From the NCBI GenBank assembly GCA_036676705.1, contig JAKFCJ010000183.1, positions 1 through 63,228 on the forward strand: DNA of 63,228 nt, in the 5' to 3' direction. Below the pieces are notes generated by a model. It did not search any database and was not told where the DNA came from. It saw nothing but the letters and a program-made list of their open reading frames with translations. The stretch's first letter is position 1, and the number at the start of each line of letters is the position of its first letter. This document shows, piece after piece, positions 20,299 through 28,843 of the stretch. Both the position numbers and the translations under genes were made by a program. Origin of the DNA: Bacteroidota bacterium (GTDB taxonomy: Bacteria > Bacteroidota > Bacteroidia > UBA8524).

Positions 20299-20441
20299 CC
20301 ATTATTTTTATTCTGATAGGATGTAGTTTGTTGCTGGCCGTGGGTTTCCTGATCGCGTTTATCTGGTCGGTAAGGAGTGGGCAGATCGATGATACGACGA
20401 CGCCGGGTTACCGGATATTAGAGGAAGACACGGAGGTTTAG
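20295..20441 (+). CDS. ccoS: cbb3-type oxidase assembly protein CcoS (48 aa, below the ORF-track cutoff)
   Basis: MTIIFILIGCSLLLAVGFLIAFIWSVRSGQIDDTTTPGYRILEEDTEV; ATGA overlap with ccoI. Confidence 0.92.
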   Translation: MTIIFILIGCSLLLAVGFLIAFIWSVRSGQIDDTTTPGYRILEEDTEV

Positions 20442-20453
20442 AGTTCCTCTTGG

Positions 20454-20481
20454 TTCAAGCTGCAGGCTACAGGGTGCAGGC
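20454..20481 (+). repeat. Degenerate 7-mer tandem array (left arm)
   Basis: TTCAAGC TGCAGGC TACAGGG TGCAGGC. Confidence 0.8.
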
Positions 20482-20500
20482 GTTAAGGGATCATAGGGTG

Positions 20501-20851
20501 TTATTCTAATTTGTTCATTAATGTTTTAATTCTCTTTTGTAAGAGTGTTGTTGTTTCCTGAAGTGGCGCGCTTGAGTCAATGGAATCTGGATAAATGCGA
20601 CTTACAATGATTAATAGGTTTTCAAGTTCAAATGCAGAACCTAATGCAATTTCAAGGAATCGCGCAAAGTCACGATCGCTTCTTCGACTACAACCTTCAG
20701 AAATGTTGGTCGGTATAGAAGCGGCTGCTCTTTGTATCTGGGATACCAGATTAAATTTTTCATTTGATGGCAATATCGAAGAGAAAGTATAAGCATCAAC
20801 CGTAAGCTCAATACCATCGGTCCAAATTCGTAGTTCTTTAAAATTTCTCAT
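20501..20851 (-). CDS. Four helix bundle protein (23S rRNA IVP / Avd-like family)
   Basis: MRNFKELRIW...PSNEKFNLVSQIQRAAASIPTNISEGCSRRSDRDFARFLEIALGSAFELE; more AT-rich than neighbours. Confidence 0.95.
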   Translation of the reverse strand: MRNFKELRIWTDGIELTVDAYTFSSILPSNEKFNLVSQIQRAAASIPTNISEGCSRRSDRDFARFLEIALGSAFELENLLIIVSRIYPDSIDSSAPLQETTTLLQKRIKTLMNKLE

Positions 20852-20928
20852 AAGACAAATTTCCACAGAACTTCTGTAAAAAATCTGTCAAAAAATTGTT
20901 ACCAACTCATCAACTCAAACCCAAATTC

Positions 20929-20960
20929 GCCTGTAGCCTGCACCCTGCCGCCTGTAGCCT
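20929..20960 (-). repeat. Degenerate 7-mer tandem array (right arm, inverted relative to left)
   Basis: GCCTGTA GCCTGCA CCCTGCC GCCTGTA GCCT. Confidence 0.8.
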
Positions 20961-21741
20961 ATCGCCCTCGAAATTCCGGTTTCCTCTTCTCATTAAACGC
21001 CTTAACCCCTTCTTTATAGTCTTCACTGCGGCCGGCGAGTTCCTGGCAAAAGGCTTCGTATTCCAACATGGTATTCAGGTCGGAATGGAAGGATTTATTC
21101 AACATCTTTTTCATCATGGCGATGGCCTTGGTGGGAGCCTGGGCGTAATAAGCGGTATATTCGGCAACGGCGGCGTCGAGTTCTTCGGCGGGAACCACCT
21201 TGTTCACCATACCCCATTCGAAGGCTTGTTGGGCTTTAACTTTCGTGCCCATGGTCGACATTTCGAAGGCACGTGCCGAGCCCACCACACGGGGTAAAAA
21301 GTAGGAGGAGCCGGAATCCAGGACAAGTCCTACATTGATAAAGACCTCGATCAGCGCAGCGTTTTCAGAAGCAACAATGATATCGGAAGCCAGGGCCAGT
21401 GAACAACCCGCCCCGGCAGCCACGCCATTCAGGCGGCAAATAATAGGCTTGGGCAGCTCGCGCATGGCCAGGATAATGGGATTATACCTTTTATATAAAG
21501 ACTCGCTGAGTGAACGGTTTTCTGAAGAAGCGATCGCCTTAAGGTCTTGTCCGGAGCAAAAAGCTTTGCCGGCACCGGTAAGCACCACTACCCGAACGGA
21601 ATCATCCTTTTTTGCCTGTTTCAGTGCGTCCTGCAATTCATAACTCTGGGTGTCATTAAACGCATTAAAAACATCAGGCCGGTTCAGGGTGATGGTGGCA
21701 ATTCCGTTTTCAAGGGTATAAGTGATACATTCAAAATTCAT
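20959..21741 (-). CDS. Enoyl-CoA hydratase/isomerase, PaaG-like
   Basis: ITLNRPDVFNAF, AFCSGQDL, NGVAAGAG, GLVLDSG; true start MNFEC at 21741 (ATGA overlap). Confidence 0.9.
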   Translation of the reverse strand: MNFECITYTLENGIATITLNRPDVFNAFNDTQSYELQDALKQAKKDDSVRVVVLTGAGKAFCSGQDLKAIASSENRSLSESLYKRYNPIILAMRELPKPIICRLNGVAAGAGCSLALASDIIVASENAALIEVFINVGLVLDSGSSYFLPRVVGSARAFEMSTMGTKVKAQQAFEWGMVNKVVPAEELDAAVAEYTAYYAQAPTKAIAMMKKMLNKSFHSDLNTMLEYEAFCQELAGRSEDYKEGVKAFNEKRKPEFRGR

Positions 21742-22355
21742 ATACGTATGATTAGATAGATCATAAAAAATCCGGTTAAAAATCCGGTATAAAGTTGATT
21801 TGGAGCGTGGGATCCTAGATAGAGCCTGGCCCAGCAAACCATGCCCGAAAGGATAAACCAGCCGGCAATAATCCAGCGCAGGTCCGTGTATGCGCTCTCT
21901 TGTAAATAGGATAATACGGCCAAAACTCCTCCCAATCCAATACCGTGGAGACTGATCTTATAGCGAACATTTACAATGGAAGCTAAAATTATTGCTGAGG
22001 AAGTGCCCAGTAAATAACCACGGATCAGATGGGGTGCACGGTAACCCAGCTTGTAGCTGAACATATAGAAAGTCAGCAATACAAAAATGGCCGCGACCAA
22101 AAGGGGCAGGCGCCTGTCTTCTTTTTCCTGCATGTATACGCTGATGTCTTTTTTCAGCAGTTTTTGGAGCAGGAGGATGGTATTCACAGGGAAAACAAAG
22201 GTTCCCATGAGGATGATTAGCAGGTAGGTGAGCAGCGTGTCGGTATCCAGTGCCACATGGTAGATCCGGTCGAATTCCAGTATAAAATAGGTTCCCAGCG
22301 TAATGAGCAGGAGCGGGTGGAACAGCACACTTAAGGTCAGGGCAATTTGCTTCAC
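21738..22355 (-). CDS. PAP2-like multi-pass membrane protein
   Basis: FHPLL, KISLH, ARLYLGSH motifs; about 6 TM helices; lies downstream of rpoN. Confidence 0.75.
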   Translation of the reverse strand: MKQIALTLSVLFHPLLLITLGTYFILEFDRIYHVALDTDTLLTYLLIILMGTFVFPVNTILLLQKLLKKDISVYMQEKEDRRLPLLVAAIFVLLTFYMFSYKLGYRAPHLIRGYLLGTSSAIILASIVNVRYKISLHGIGLGGVLAVLSYLQESAYTDLRWIIAGWFILSGMVCWARLYLGSHAPNQLYTGFLTGFFMIYLIIRI

Positions 22356-22357
22356 GT

Positions 22358-23824
22358 CTAAAGTTGTTTACGCAAGCGCGCTACGGGTATATTCAGTTGT
22401 TCACGGTATTTGGCCACCGTTCTCCGGGCAATATTGTAGCCTTTTTCCTTCAGGATCTCCATCAAACGTTCATCGGGCAGAGGCCGCGACTTGTCTTCGG
22501 CTTCAATGGCATCTTTCAGGATCTTTTTTACTTCCTTATTTGAAACCTCTTCCCCGTCGGCAGTGGTAATCCCCTCTGAAAAGAAAAATTTCAGGGCAAT
22601 GATACCAAAATCCGTTTGTACGTATTTGCTGTTCGCTACCCGTGAGATCGTTGAAACGTCAAGACCAACCTCATCGGCGATATCTTTGAGGATCATCGGT
22701 TTGAGTTTGGTTTCATCGCCATCCTCAAAAAATTCCCTCTGGTATTTTAAAATAGCCCGCATGGTGGTGAGCAGGGTATTTTGCCTTTGTTTGATCGAAT
22801 CAATAAACCATTTGGCCCCATCGAGTTTTTGTTTGATGAACTGAACGGTTTCCTTGAGGTCTTTGTTCTGTTTATCCGACTTTTCGTAGGTCTTCAGCGT
22901 ATCCATATAGGAACGGCTGATCTTCAATTCAGGAGCATTCCGTGAATTCAGGGTGACTTCCAGACCTTCGTCTGTTTCTACCAAAATGAAGTCGGGTACA
23001 ATGTATTGCCCCTTCATCGAAGTAGATGTTTCACCCGGCTTTGGGTTCAGTTTGGTGATAAGGGAGATGGCATCGCGCAATTCTGTTTCCCCGACTTTCA
23101 GGGAACGCATCAGTTTTTCATAATGCTTTTTGGTGAAGTCATCCATATAATCGCGGATGAGCCGCATGGCGAGATCAACTTCCGGGTGTGCTTCCCGGTC
23201 TTTTCTTTTCAGTTGAAGGACCAAACATTCCTGCAAGTCGCGGGCACCAATACCCGGAGGGTCGAGGCGCTGGATTTTTTCCAGAATTTTTTCCAATTCG
23301 GGAATGGTGGTACTGATATTTTGAGAAAAAGCGAGGTCGTTTACGATGGCCGCTAATGGCCGGCGCAGGTACCCGTCTTCATCGATGCTCCCAACCAGTT
23401 GTTCGGCAAGGGCTCTTTCATGGTCGTCGTTGACTATGGCTAGGATCTGCTCAAGCAGGTTTTCATAAAAAGTGGAGGCCATGGCGATTGGCATTTCCTT
23501 TTTCTCTTCATCCCCTCCATCCTCATACAGGTGAAACCCATCGGAATCATCTGCACCATCTGTATATTCAGAGATGTCATATACATCGTCGCCTTCGTAG
23601 ATATCGTCATCAAGATCTTCGACTTCATCTTTAGCCGCTTCAACCTCCTCATTCTGGAATTCGGCTTCATCGTCTTTCCCGGTTTCAAGAGCCGGGTTAT
23701 CGATCAATTCCTGCTCTACCCGTTGCTCAAGATCCTGGGTTGTCAACTGCAGCAGTTTAATGAACTGGATCTGCTGTGGTGACAGTTTTTGTAATAGTTT
23801 TTGACTGAGATTCTGTTTCAGCAT
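22358..23824 (-). CDS. rpoN: RNA polymerase sigma-54 factor
   Basis: Q-rich region I, PPGIGARDLQECL, STISRVANSKY, RpoN box ARRTVAKYRE. Confidence 0.98.
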   Translation of the reverse strand: MLKQNLSQKLLQKLSPQQIQFIKLLQLTTQDLEQRVEQELIDNPALETGKDDEAEFQNEEVEAAKDEVEDLDDDIYEGDDVYDISEYTDGADDSDGFHLYEDGGDEEKKEMPIAMASTFYENLLEQILAIVNDDHERALAEQLVGSIDEDGYLRRPLAAIVNDLAFSQNISTTIPELEKILEKIQRLDPPGIGARDLQECLVLQLKRKDREAHPEVDLAMRLIRDYMDDFTKKHYEKLMRSLKVGETELRDAISLITKLNPKPGETSTSMKGQYIVPDFILVETDEGLEVTLNSRNAPELKISRSYMDTLKTYEKSDKQNKDLKETVQFIKQKLDGAKWFIDSIKQRQNTLLTTMRAILKYQREFFEDGDETKLKPMILKDIADEVGLDVSTISRVANSKYVQTDFGIIALKFFFSEGITTADGEEVSNKEVKKILKDAIEAEDKSRPLPDERLMEILKEKGYNIARRTVAKYREQLNIPVARLRKQL

Positions 23825-23847
23825 GCCTTTGGGCCTCTTAAATGCTC

Positions 23848-23867
23848 CAAAAATAAGTCTATTTTTG
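23848..23867. promoter_or_regulatory. Back-to-back TAnnTTTG promoters for rpoN and asnS
   Basis: CAAAAATA (23848-23855) and TATTTTTG (23860-23867). Confidence 0.55.
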
Positions 23868-23899
23868 CCAAGATTTTTTGATAGAACACAATATAGCAG

Positions 23900-25414
23900 A
23901 TGTATATTAAAGATTTATCCCAATTAGAAGGGCAGGAGATTACGTTAAAAGGCTGGGTGGCAAATAGTCGCGAAAGCAAAGGATTGGTTTTCCTTATTCT
24001 GAGAGATGGAACCGGTATGTGCCAGTGTATCGTCGATCTGAACAAGGTAGGGGATGAGATCTTTGAAAATGCCCGCCGCATGGGTATTGAAAGTTCATTG
24101 AGCCTGATTGGCAGTGTGGTAAAAGATGAGCGTCAGATAGGGGGGTATGAAGTCCATGTTTCCTCACTTGAGGTTTATCAATACACAGAAAATTATCCGA
24201 TCGCCAAAAAAGAACATGGGGTAGATTTTTTGATGGACCACCGTCACCTTTGGCTGAGGAGCCAACGCCAATGGGCCATCATGCGTATCCGAAACGAGAT
24301 CAGCTTCGCTATCCACCGTTTTTTCCAGGAAAGGGAATTTGTACAAATGGATGCCCCGCTTTTTACCGGAAACGCCTGTGAAGGCACCACGAACTTATTC
24401 GAAACGGAATTTTACGGGGAGCAGGCGTACTTGTCGCAATCCGGACAATTATACGGTGAAGCCATGGCCATGGCCCTGGGCAGGATCTATACTTTCGGGC
24501 CGACTTTCCGCGCTGAAAAGTCAAAAACCCGCCGCCATCTTTCTGAGTTTTGGATGATAGAGCCGGAGATGGCTTTCTATGACCTGTTCGATAATATGGA
24601 TCTTATTGAGGAGTTCCTTCGTTTTATCACACAGGAAATTGTAGGCCGTTGTGAAAAAGAACTGGCTATCATTGGACGGGACGTGGAAATGCTGAAAAAA
24701 GTAAGCGCCCCTTTCCCGCGACTTACCTACGATGAGGCGGTCCGTATCATTAAAGGTGAACAGGATGTCGATGGTAAAAATGCGATTAAGACCCTGGAAG
24801 GCGACCTGGAAAAAGTACTAGCCCGTATGGAGGAAGTAAAGCTCGAGATGGCCGACAGGGAGCAGCGTATTGCTGCACCCGGCATGAAAAAGGGAGAAAT
24901 AGCTTTCAATCAGAAAAAGATCGACGAACTCAAGGGAGAATTGCGTGACCTGGAAGAAGATTCCAGAAATATTCCCCAATGGCTGGAGTCAGCCAGAACC
25001 TTTGAATATGGAAATGACTTTGGTGGTTCGGATGAAACGGTATTGACCCGTATGTTTGAAGTGCCCATCATGGTCTATAACTGGCCACACGCTGTTAAAG
25101 CCTTCTATTTAAAACGTGATCCGGAGAATGAGGCATTTGCGCGGGGCGTAGATGTGCTGGCACCGGAAGGTTATGGTGAAATTGTTGGAGGAGGAGAAAG
25201 AGAAACCGACCTGGAAAAAGTAAAGAGTAAGATCATCGAACACGAACTCCCGATGCATGAGTTCGAGTGGTACCTTGACCTGCGTCGTTACGGTTCCGTT
25301 ACGCACAGCGGTTTTGGCTTGGGACTGGAACGTATGGTAGCCTGGATTTGCAAGCTGCCCCATGTGCGTGAAACCATTCCTTTCCCGCGCATGTATGGGC
25401 GACTTTTTCCATAA
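23900..25414 (+). CDS. asnS: Asparagine--tRNA ligase with a ~80-aa insertion
   Basis: OB domain LRDGTG, YLSQSGQLY, FRAEKSKTRRHLSEFWMIEPE, GFGLGLER. Confidence 0.97.
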   Translation: MYIKDLSQLEGQEITLKGWVANSRESKGLVFLILRDGTGMCQCIVDLNKVGDEIFENARRMGIESSLSLIGSVVKDERQIGGYEVHVSSLEVYQYTENYPIAKKEHGVDFLMDHRHLWLRSQRQWAIMRIRNEISFAIHRFFQEREFVQMDAPLFTGNACEGTTNLFETEFYGEQAYLSQSGQLYGEAMAMALGRIYTFGPTFRAEKSKTRRHLSEFWMIEPEMAFYDLFDNMDLIEEFLRFITQEIVGRCEKELAIIGRDVEMLKKVSAPFPRLTYDEAVRIIKGEQDVDGKNAIKTLEGDLEKVLARMEEVKLEMADREQRIAAPGMKKGEIAFNQKKIDELKGELRDLEEDSRNIPQWLESARTFEYGNDFGGSDETVLTRMFEVPIMVYNWPHAVKAFYLKRDPENEAFARGVDVLAPEGYGEIVGGGERETDLEKVKSKIIEHELPMHEFEWYLDLRRYGSVTHSGFGLGLERMVAWICKLPHVRETIPFPRMYGRLFP

Positions 25415-25508
25415 TTGGGAAAAAAGCCTCCCATAATGAGAGGGTATTGCAAAATCAGCGAATAGCCAAATTAGGATAATTGCCCTGTTTGCAGGTGTTT
25501 TATAGAAT

Positions 25509-25524
25509 TGGCACGTTTTTTCGA
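25509..25524 (+). promoter_or_regulatory. Candidate sigma54 -24/-12 promoter
   Basis: TGGCACG-TTTT-TTCGA: perfect -24 element, imperfect -12 element. Confidence 0.45.
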
Positions 25525-25534
25525 TATAAGGAAT

Positions 25535-25595
25535 CAGGATTAGTAATTTTTGGTTCATAGTTGAGCGAAGGCGGGTTGGCAACGACCCGCTTTTC
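25535..25595 (+). ncRNA. Candidate ~60-nt small RNA
   Basis: Lies between the sigma54-like promoter and a GCGGGTTG-GCAA-CGACCCGC-TTTT terminator; no ORF in between. Confidence 0.35.
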
Positions 25596-25686
25596 GTATT
25601 TAATGCCCTCCCGATTTTCCACTCCTGTGGAAATATATCTCACAAACAGCCCTGATTTTCCTCTAATTTAGCGGGAAATTTATTCT

Positions 25687-26574
25687 TTGAAGCTAGCAGC
25701 CATTGATATAGGGTCTAATGCCATCCGTTTGATGATCGTTCGGGTATTTCCGGGGAAAAAAACAAGTGATTTTAAAAAGGTCGAGTTTATCCGGATCCCT
25801 TTACGCCTTGGCGATGATGTGTTTACACGTGGAAAAATAGAGGCGGAAAAGAAAGATCTGTTTATGATGGCCATGCAGGCATTCAAGCTGATCATGGATA
25901 TTCACGGAGTTCAGCATTACCTGGCCTGTGCGACGAGTGCCATGCGTGAGGCCCAAAATGGGAAAAGTATTGCAGAGGCGGTCAAAAAGAATTTCGACCT
26001 GAAGATCAATATCATCAGCGGAGAAGAAGAGTCGCGCCTGATCCTGCAGTCGGTTATGGAGTCTATCAAAAGCAAAGGAAACTTTATCCTGATCGATGTA
26101 GGCGGCGGAAGCACGGAAATTACGTTTATCCATAATGGGGTTCCCCGCGAATCGCGCTCCTTTCCCCTTGGAACTGTTCGTTTGATGGATGGAAAGGTAA
26201 AAAAGGGAATATGGGAGGAAATGGAAAAATGGGTGGGCAAGCAGTCCAAACCTTTTAAACAGATCCGGGCCCTGGGAACAGGAGGGAATATCAGCAAACT
26301 TTACAGGATGAGTGGTTCCGGACAAAAGGCGGAATATATGTCGATTACCCAGCTACAGAATTTGCTTTCGAAGATCGAGGTGCTTCCGATCAAAGAACGG
26401 ATCTATCGCTTACGACTCAACCCCGACCGCGCCGATGTGATCGAACACGCCGCCCTGATCTACCTGAAGATCATGCAATGGTCCAACGTGACTGAAATTA
26501 TTACGCCGCAAGCCGGATTGAAGGAAGGATTGATCCTGGAGATCTTCAACAAGGTTAGTTCACAAAAGAAATAA
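25687..26574 (+). CDS. ppx: Ppx/GppA family exopolyphosphatase
   Basis: AAIDIGSNAIRL, ATSAMREA, ISGEEESRL, IDVGGGSTE, GTGGN, RADVI. Confidence 0.92.
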   Translation: MKLAAIDIGSNAIRLMIVRVFPGKKTSDFKKVEFIRIPLRLGDDVFTRGKIEAEKKDLFMMAMQAFKLIMDIHGVQHYLACATSAMREAQNGKSIAEAVKKNFDLKINIISGEEESRLILQSVMESIKSKGNFILIDVGGGSTEITFIHNGVPRESRSFPLGTVRLMDGKVKKGIWEEMEKWVGKQSKPFKQIRALGTGGNISKLYRMSGSGQKAEYMSITQLQNLLSKIEVLPIKERIYRLRLNPDRADVIEHAALIYLKIMQWSNVTEIITPQAGLKEGLILEIFNKVSSQKK

Positions 26575-27477
26575 GAGACCCAACAGTCCACCAAGCATCA
26601 GGAGCTTGGCCATGCGGCTTAAATTTTTCCACTTTATCTCATCCGGATTTTTTAAAAGTCCGAAAAAGGTAAGAAAAAGGAAGGGCAGGGTGAGCACGGC
26701 AAATCCAACCAATTTTATTCCATCGCGTCCATCTGTCATGAAAAAGAAAAACAAACACGCCAATAAGACCAGAGCTACAGCAAGGGCTGCTTTTTTGCAT
26801 GCAGCACTTCCATGAACCACAGCCAGGGTCTTTAATCCACTTTTCGTATCGCCTTCAACGTCTTCGGCGTCTTTTATAATTTCCCGGAGCAAATTACTTA
26901 GCGCCGCAAAGGCCGTATAGAAATACAGGGTAAACATCAACGGCGGGCTATCTTCAAGCCTCACAAGCGCTTCACTTTCGGCCAATGGAACGATCCAAAT
27001 TACAGCAGCGCATAAAAGTGAAACCAATACGTTCCCCAAAAGTACACTTCCTTTTAAGTGCCGGGAATAAAGCAGGAGGAAAAACACCATCAGCAGATAG
27101 ATCCATATCCAGTAGCTAGTAGTGTCAGTATTCCAATCGAGGTACGCGGCAAGCAGGAAACCTGCAAGCAACAAAACAAGGTAAATCGCTTTGGCCCGCA
27201 TTTCCGTGATCCAAACGCCAATAGCCTGTTTATGGGGTTTATTTTGGGCATCCGTTTTCTGATCATACAGGTCATTGATCACATAGCCGGAAAACGTGAC
27301 AATAAGGGTATAGAGGGTAAGGAGTACAAAAGAAAGTGTATCCATTGAAAGCAAAATGCCTTCGTGCGCCAGGGCAGGGGCGACTAGTCCATAGCGTATT
27401 ATAGCGAGGGTTAAACTTACGATCAACAAATTTGACCAGCGTAACCAGTGAAGGAATTGGATCGGAGAAGGGTTCAT
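26560..27477 (-). CDS. UbiA-family prenyltransferase, DGGGP synthase-like
   Basis: GYVINDLYDQKTDAQNKP, YSRHLK...GN, REIIKDAEDVEGD; multi-TM. Confidence 0.88.
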   Translation of the reverse strand: MNPSPIQFLHWLRWSNLLIVSLTLAIIRYGLVAPALAHEGILLSMDTLSFVLLTLYTLIVTFSGYVINDLYDQKTDAQNKPHKQAIGVWITEMRAKAIYLVLLLAGFLLAAYLDWNTDTTSYWIWIYLLMVFFLLLYSRHLKGSVLLGNVLVSLLCAAVIWIVPLAESEALVRLEDSPPLMFTLYFYTAFAALSNLLREIIKDAEDVEGDTKSGLKTLAVVHGSAACKKAALAVALVLLACLFFFFMTDGRDGIKLVGFAVLTLPFLFLTFFGLLKNPDEIKWKNLSRMAKLLMLGGLLGLLFLL

Positions 27478-27487
27478 TGCCTGTTGC

Positions 27488-27522
27488 CAAAGGTAATGGA
27501 TTGTGTCAAAATGCTATATTTG
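27488..27522. promoter_or_regulatory. Back-to-back TAnnTTTG promoters for the prenyltransferase and reductase
   Basis: CAAAGGTA (27488-27495) and TATATTTG (27515-27522). Confidence 0.65.
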
Positions 27523-27531
27523 ACACCGAAT

Positions 27532-28782
27532 ATGAAAGAAGCAAGGGATGATTCCCCGGAATGGGACATCATTATTGTCGGGGCGGGTCCGGCAGGAACA
27601 GCAGCGGCACTCGAAACCCTGGATAAAAAGTATAAAGTAGCCTTGATGGATAAAGCTACTTTTCCCAGAGACAAAATATGCGGGGATGCGTTGAGTCCGG
27701 ATGTTATTCAGCAGTTTGCCCGGATCCTACCTTCACTCGCTGAACGCTTTGCTGCCCTTGAAGCCAAACAGGAAATAGACGGACTACGTACCGTCGCTCC
27801 CAACAAAAAACAGCTTGATATTAAGCTGAATGGCAGGCAAATGGAAAAAGGATATGTTGTTTCCCGCCTCGACCTGGATGCCCTGATGATGGATGAAGTA
27901 AAAAGCCACCCTGAAATTCAGGTTTTTGAAGATACCGAGATCCTGGCCGTTCGTCATGTTGGTCAATTTTTACGTATCGAAACAAGCAAGGGCTTTTTTA
28001 GCACGCGTATCCTCATTGGTGCAGACGGGAATCATTCCATCGTGGCGAAACTTCTTGGCGGCCGGCAATCCATCGACCGCAAACATCACTGTGCTGCCAT
28101 GCGGCAATATTTTGAAAATGTCGACTGGCCCGAAGGACGTTCCCTGATCGAACTTCATTTTATGGATGAGATCCTGCCCGGTTATCTCTGGGTCTTTCCC
28201 ATGGCAAATAATCGGGCAAACGTAGGCATTGGTATGCTTTCTTCTGATGTGAGCAAACGAAAAGTAAACCTGAAAAAGGTGCTCGAACATCAGTTGGCTA
28301 CGCACCCTGAACTCGCTCCCCGGTTTGCACATGCACGTCCACTTGAAGCAGCCAAGGGTTTTGGAATACCGATCGGTTCACGTCGTTATGCCCTTTCCGG
28401 GAAAAACTATTTGCTGGCAGGCGACGCTGCCCGCATCGTGGACCCCCTTTCCGGGGAAGGGATAGGCAATGCCTTACGCAGCGGAAGGTTTGCAGGAAAG
28501 CATGCCCTTTTGGCCCTGGAGGCCAATCGGTTTGATGCGGATTTTTTGAAAGCTTATGATGAAAAACTCTATTCGATGATCGGTGATGAGTTGCGGATCA
28601 GTCGCTTTTTGCAAAAATCATTTCGCTACAGGGGAACTTTAAACTTCTTACTTAATCTGGCAACGGGCAGCAAAAAGTTCAGAAACTTGATCCGTTTGCT
28701 CCTTGAGGAGACAAATTTTTTTACAGAATGGGCACGCTTATCCTATTATAAACGGCTGATTACCAAAAAACGAAAACATTAG
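27532..28782 (+). CDS. Geranylgeranyl reductase family flavoprotein
   Basis: IVGAGPAG, FPRDKICGD, IGADG, GYLWVFP, LAGDAA...PLSGEGIGNA; start moved to 27532. Confidence 0.9.
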   Translation: MKEARDDSPEWDIIIVGAGPAGTAAALETLDKKYKVALMDKATFPRDKICGDALSPDVIQQFARILPSLAERFAALEAKQEIDGLRTVAPNKKQLDIKLNGRQMEKGYVVSRLDLDALMMDEVKSHPEIQVFEDTEILAVRHVGQFLRIETSKGFFSTRILIGADGNHSIVAKLLGGRQSIDRKHHCAAMRQYFENVDWPEGRSLIELHFMDEILPGYLWVFPMANNRANVGIGMLSSDVSKRKVNLKKVLEHQLATHPELAPRFAHARPLEAAKGFGIPIGSRRYALSGKNYLLAGDAARIVDPLSGEGIGNALRSGRFAGKHALLALEANRFDADFLKAYDEKLYSMIGDELRISRFLQKSFRYRGTLNFLLNLATGSKKFRNLIRLLLEETNFFTEWARLSYYKRLITKKRKH

Positions 28783-28843
28783 GAATTGGATACGCAACTT
28801 ATAGGTGTTATTTTTGTCCTACTATAAGTATTACCAATTTTTA

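Noticed and set aside
20501-20851. Diversity-generating retroelement (Avd-like gene; GldJ has an FGE/CLec-type fold)
   Set aside because: No reverse transcriptase and no TR/VR pair with adenine-specific mismatches seen; GldJ is a normal core gene.
24758-24997. Intein in asnS
   Set aside because: No Cys/Ser start or His-Asn end; the insertion is helical and too short.
25109-25582. Minus-strand 157-aa ORF across the asnS end
   Set aside because: It overlaps asnS antisense by about 300 bp and has no recognisable motif; the spacer is better explained by the promoter/terminator unit.
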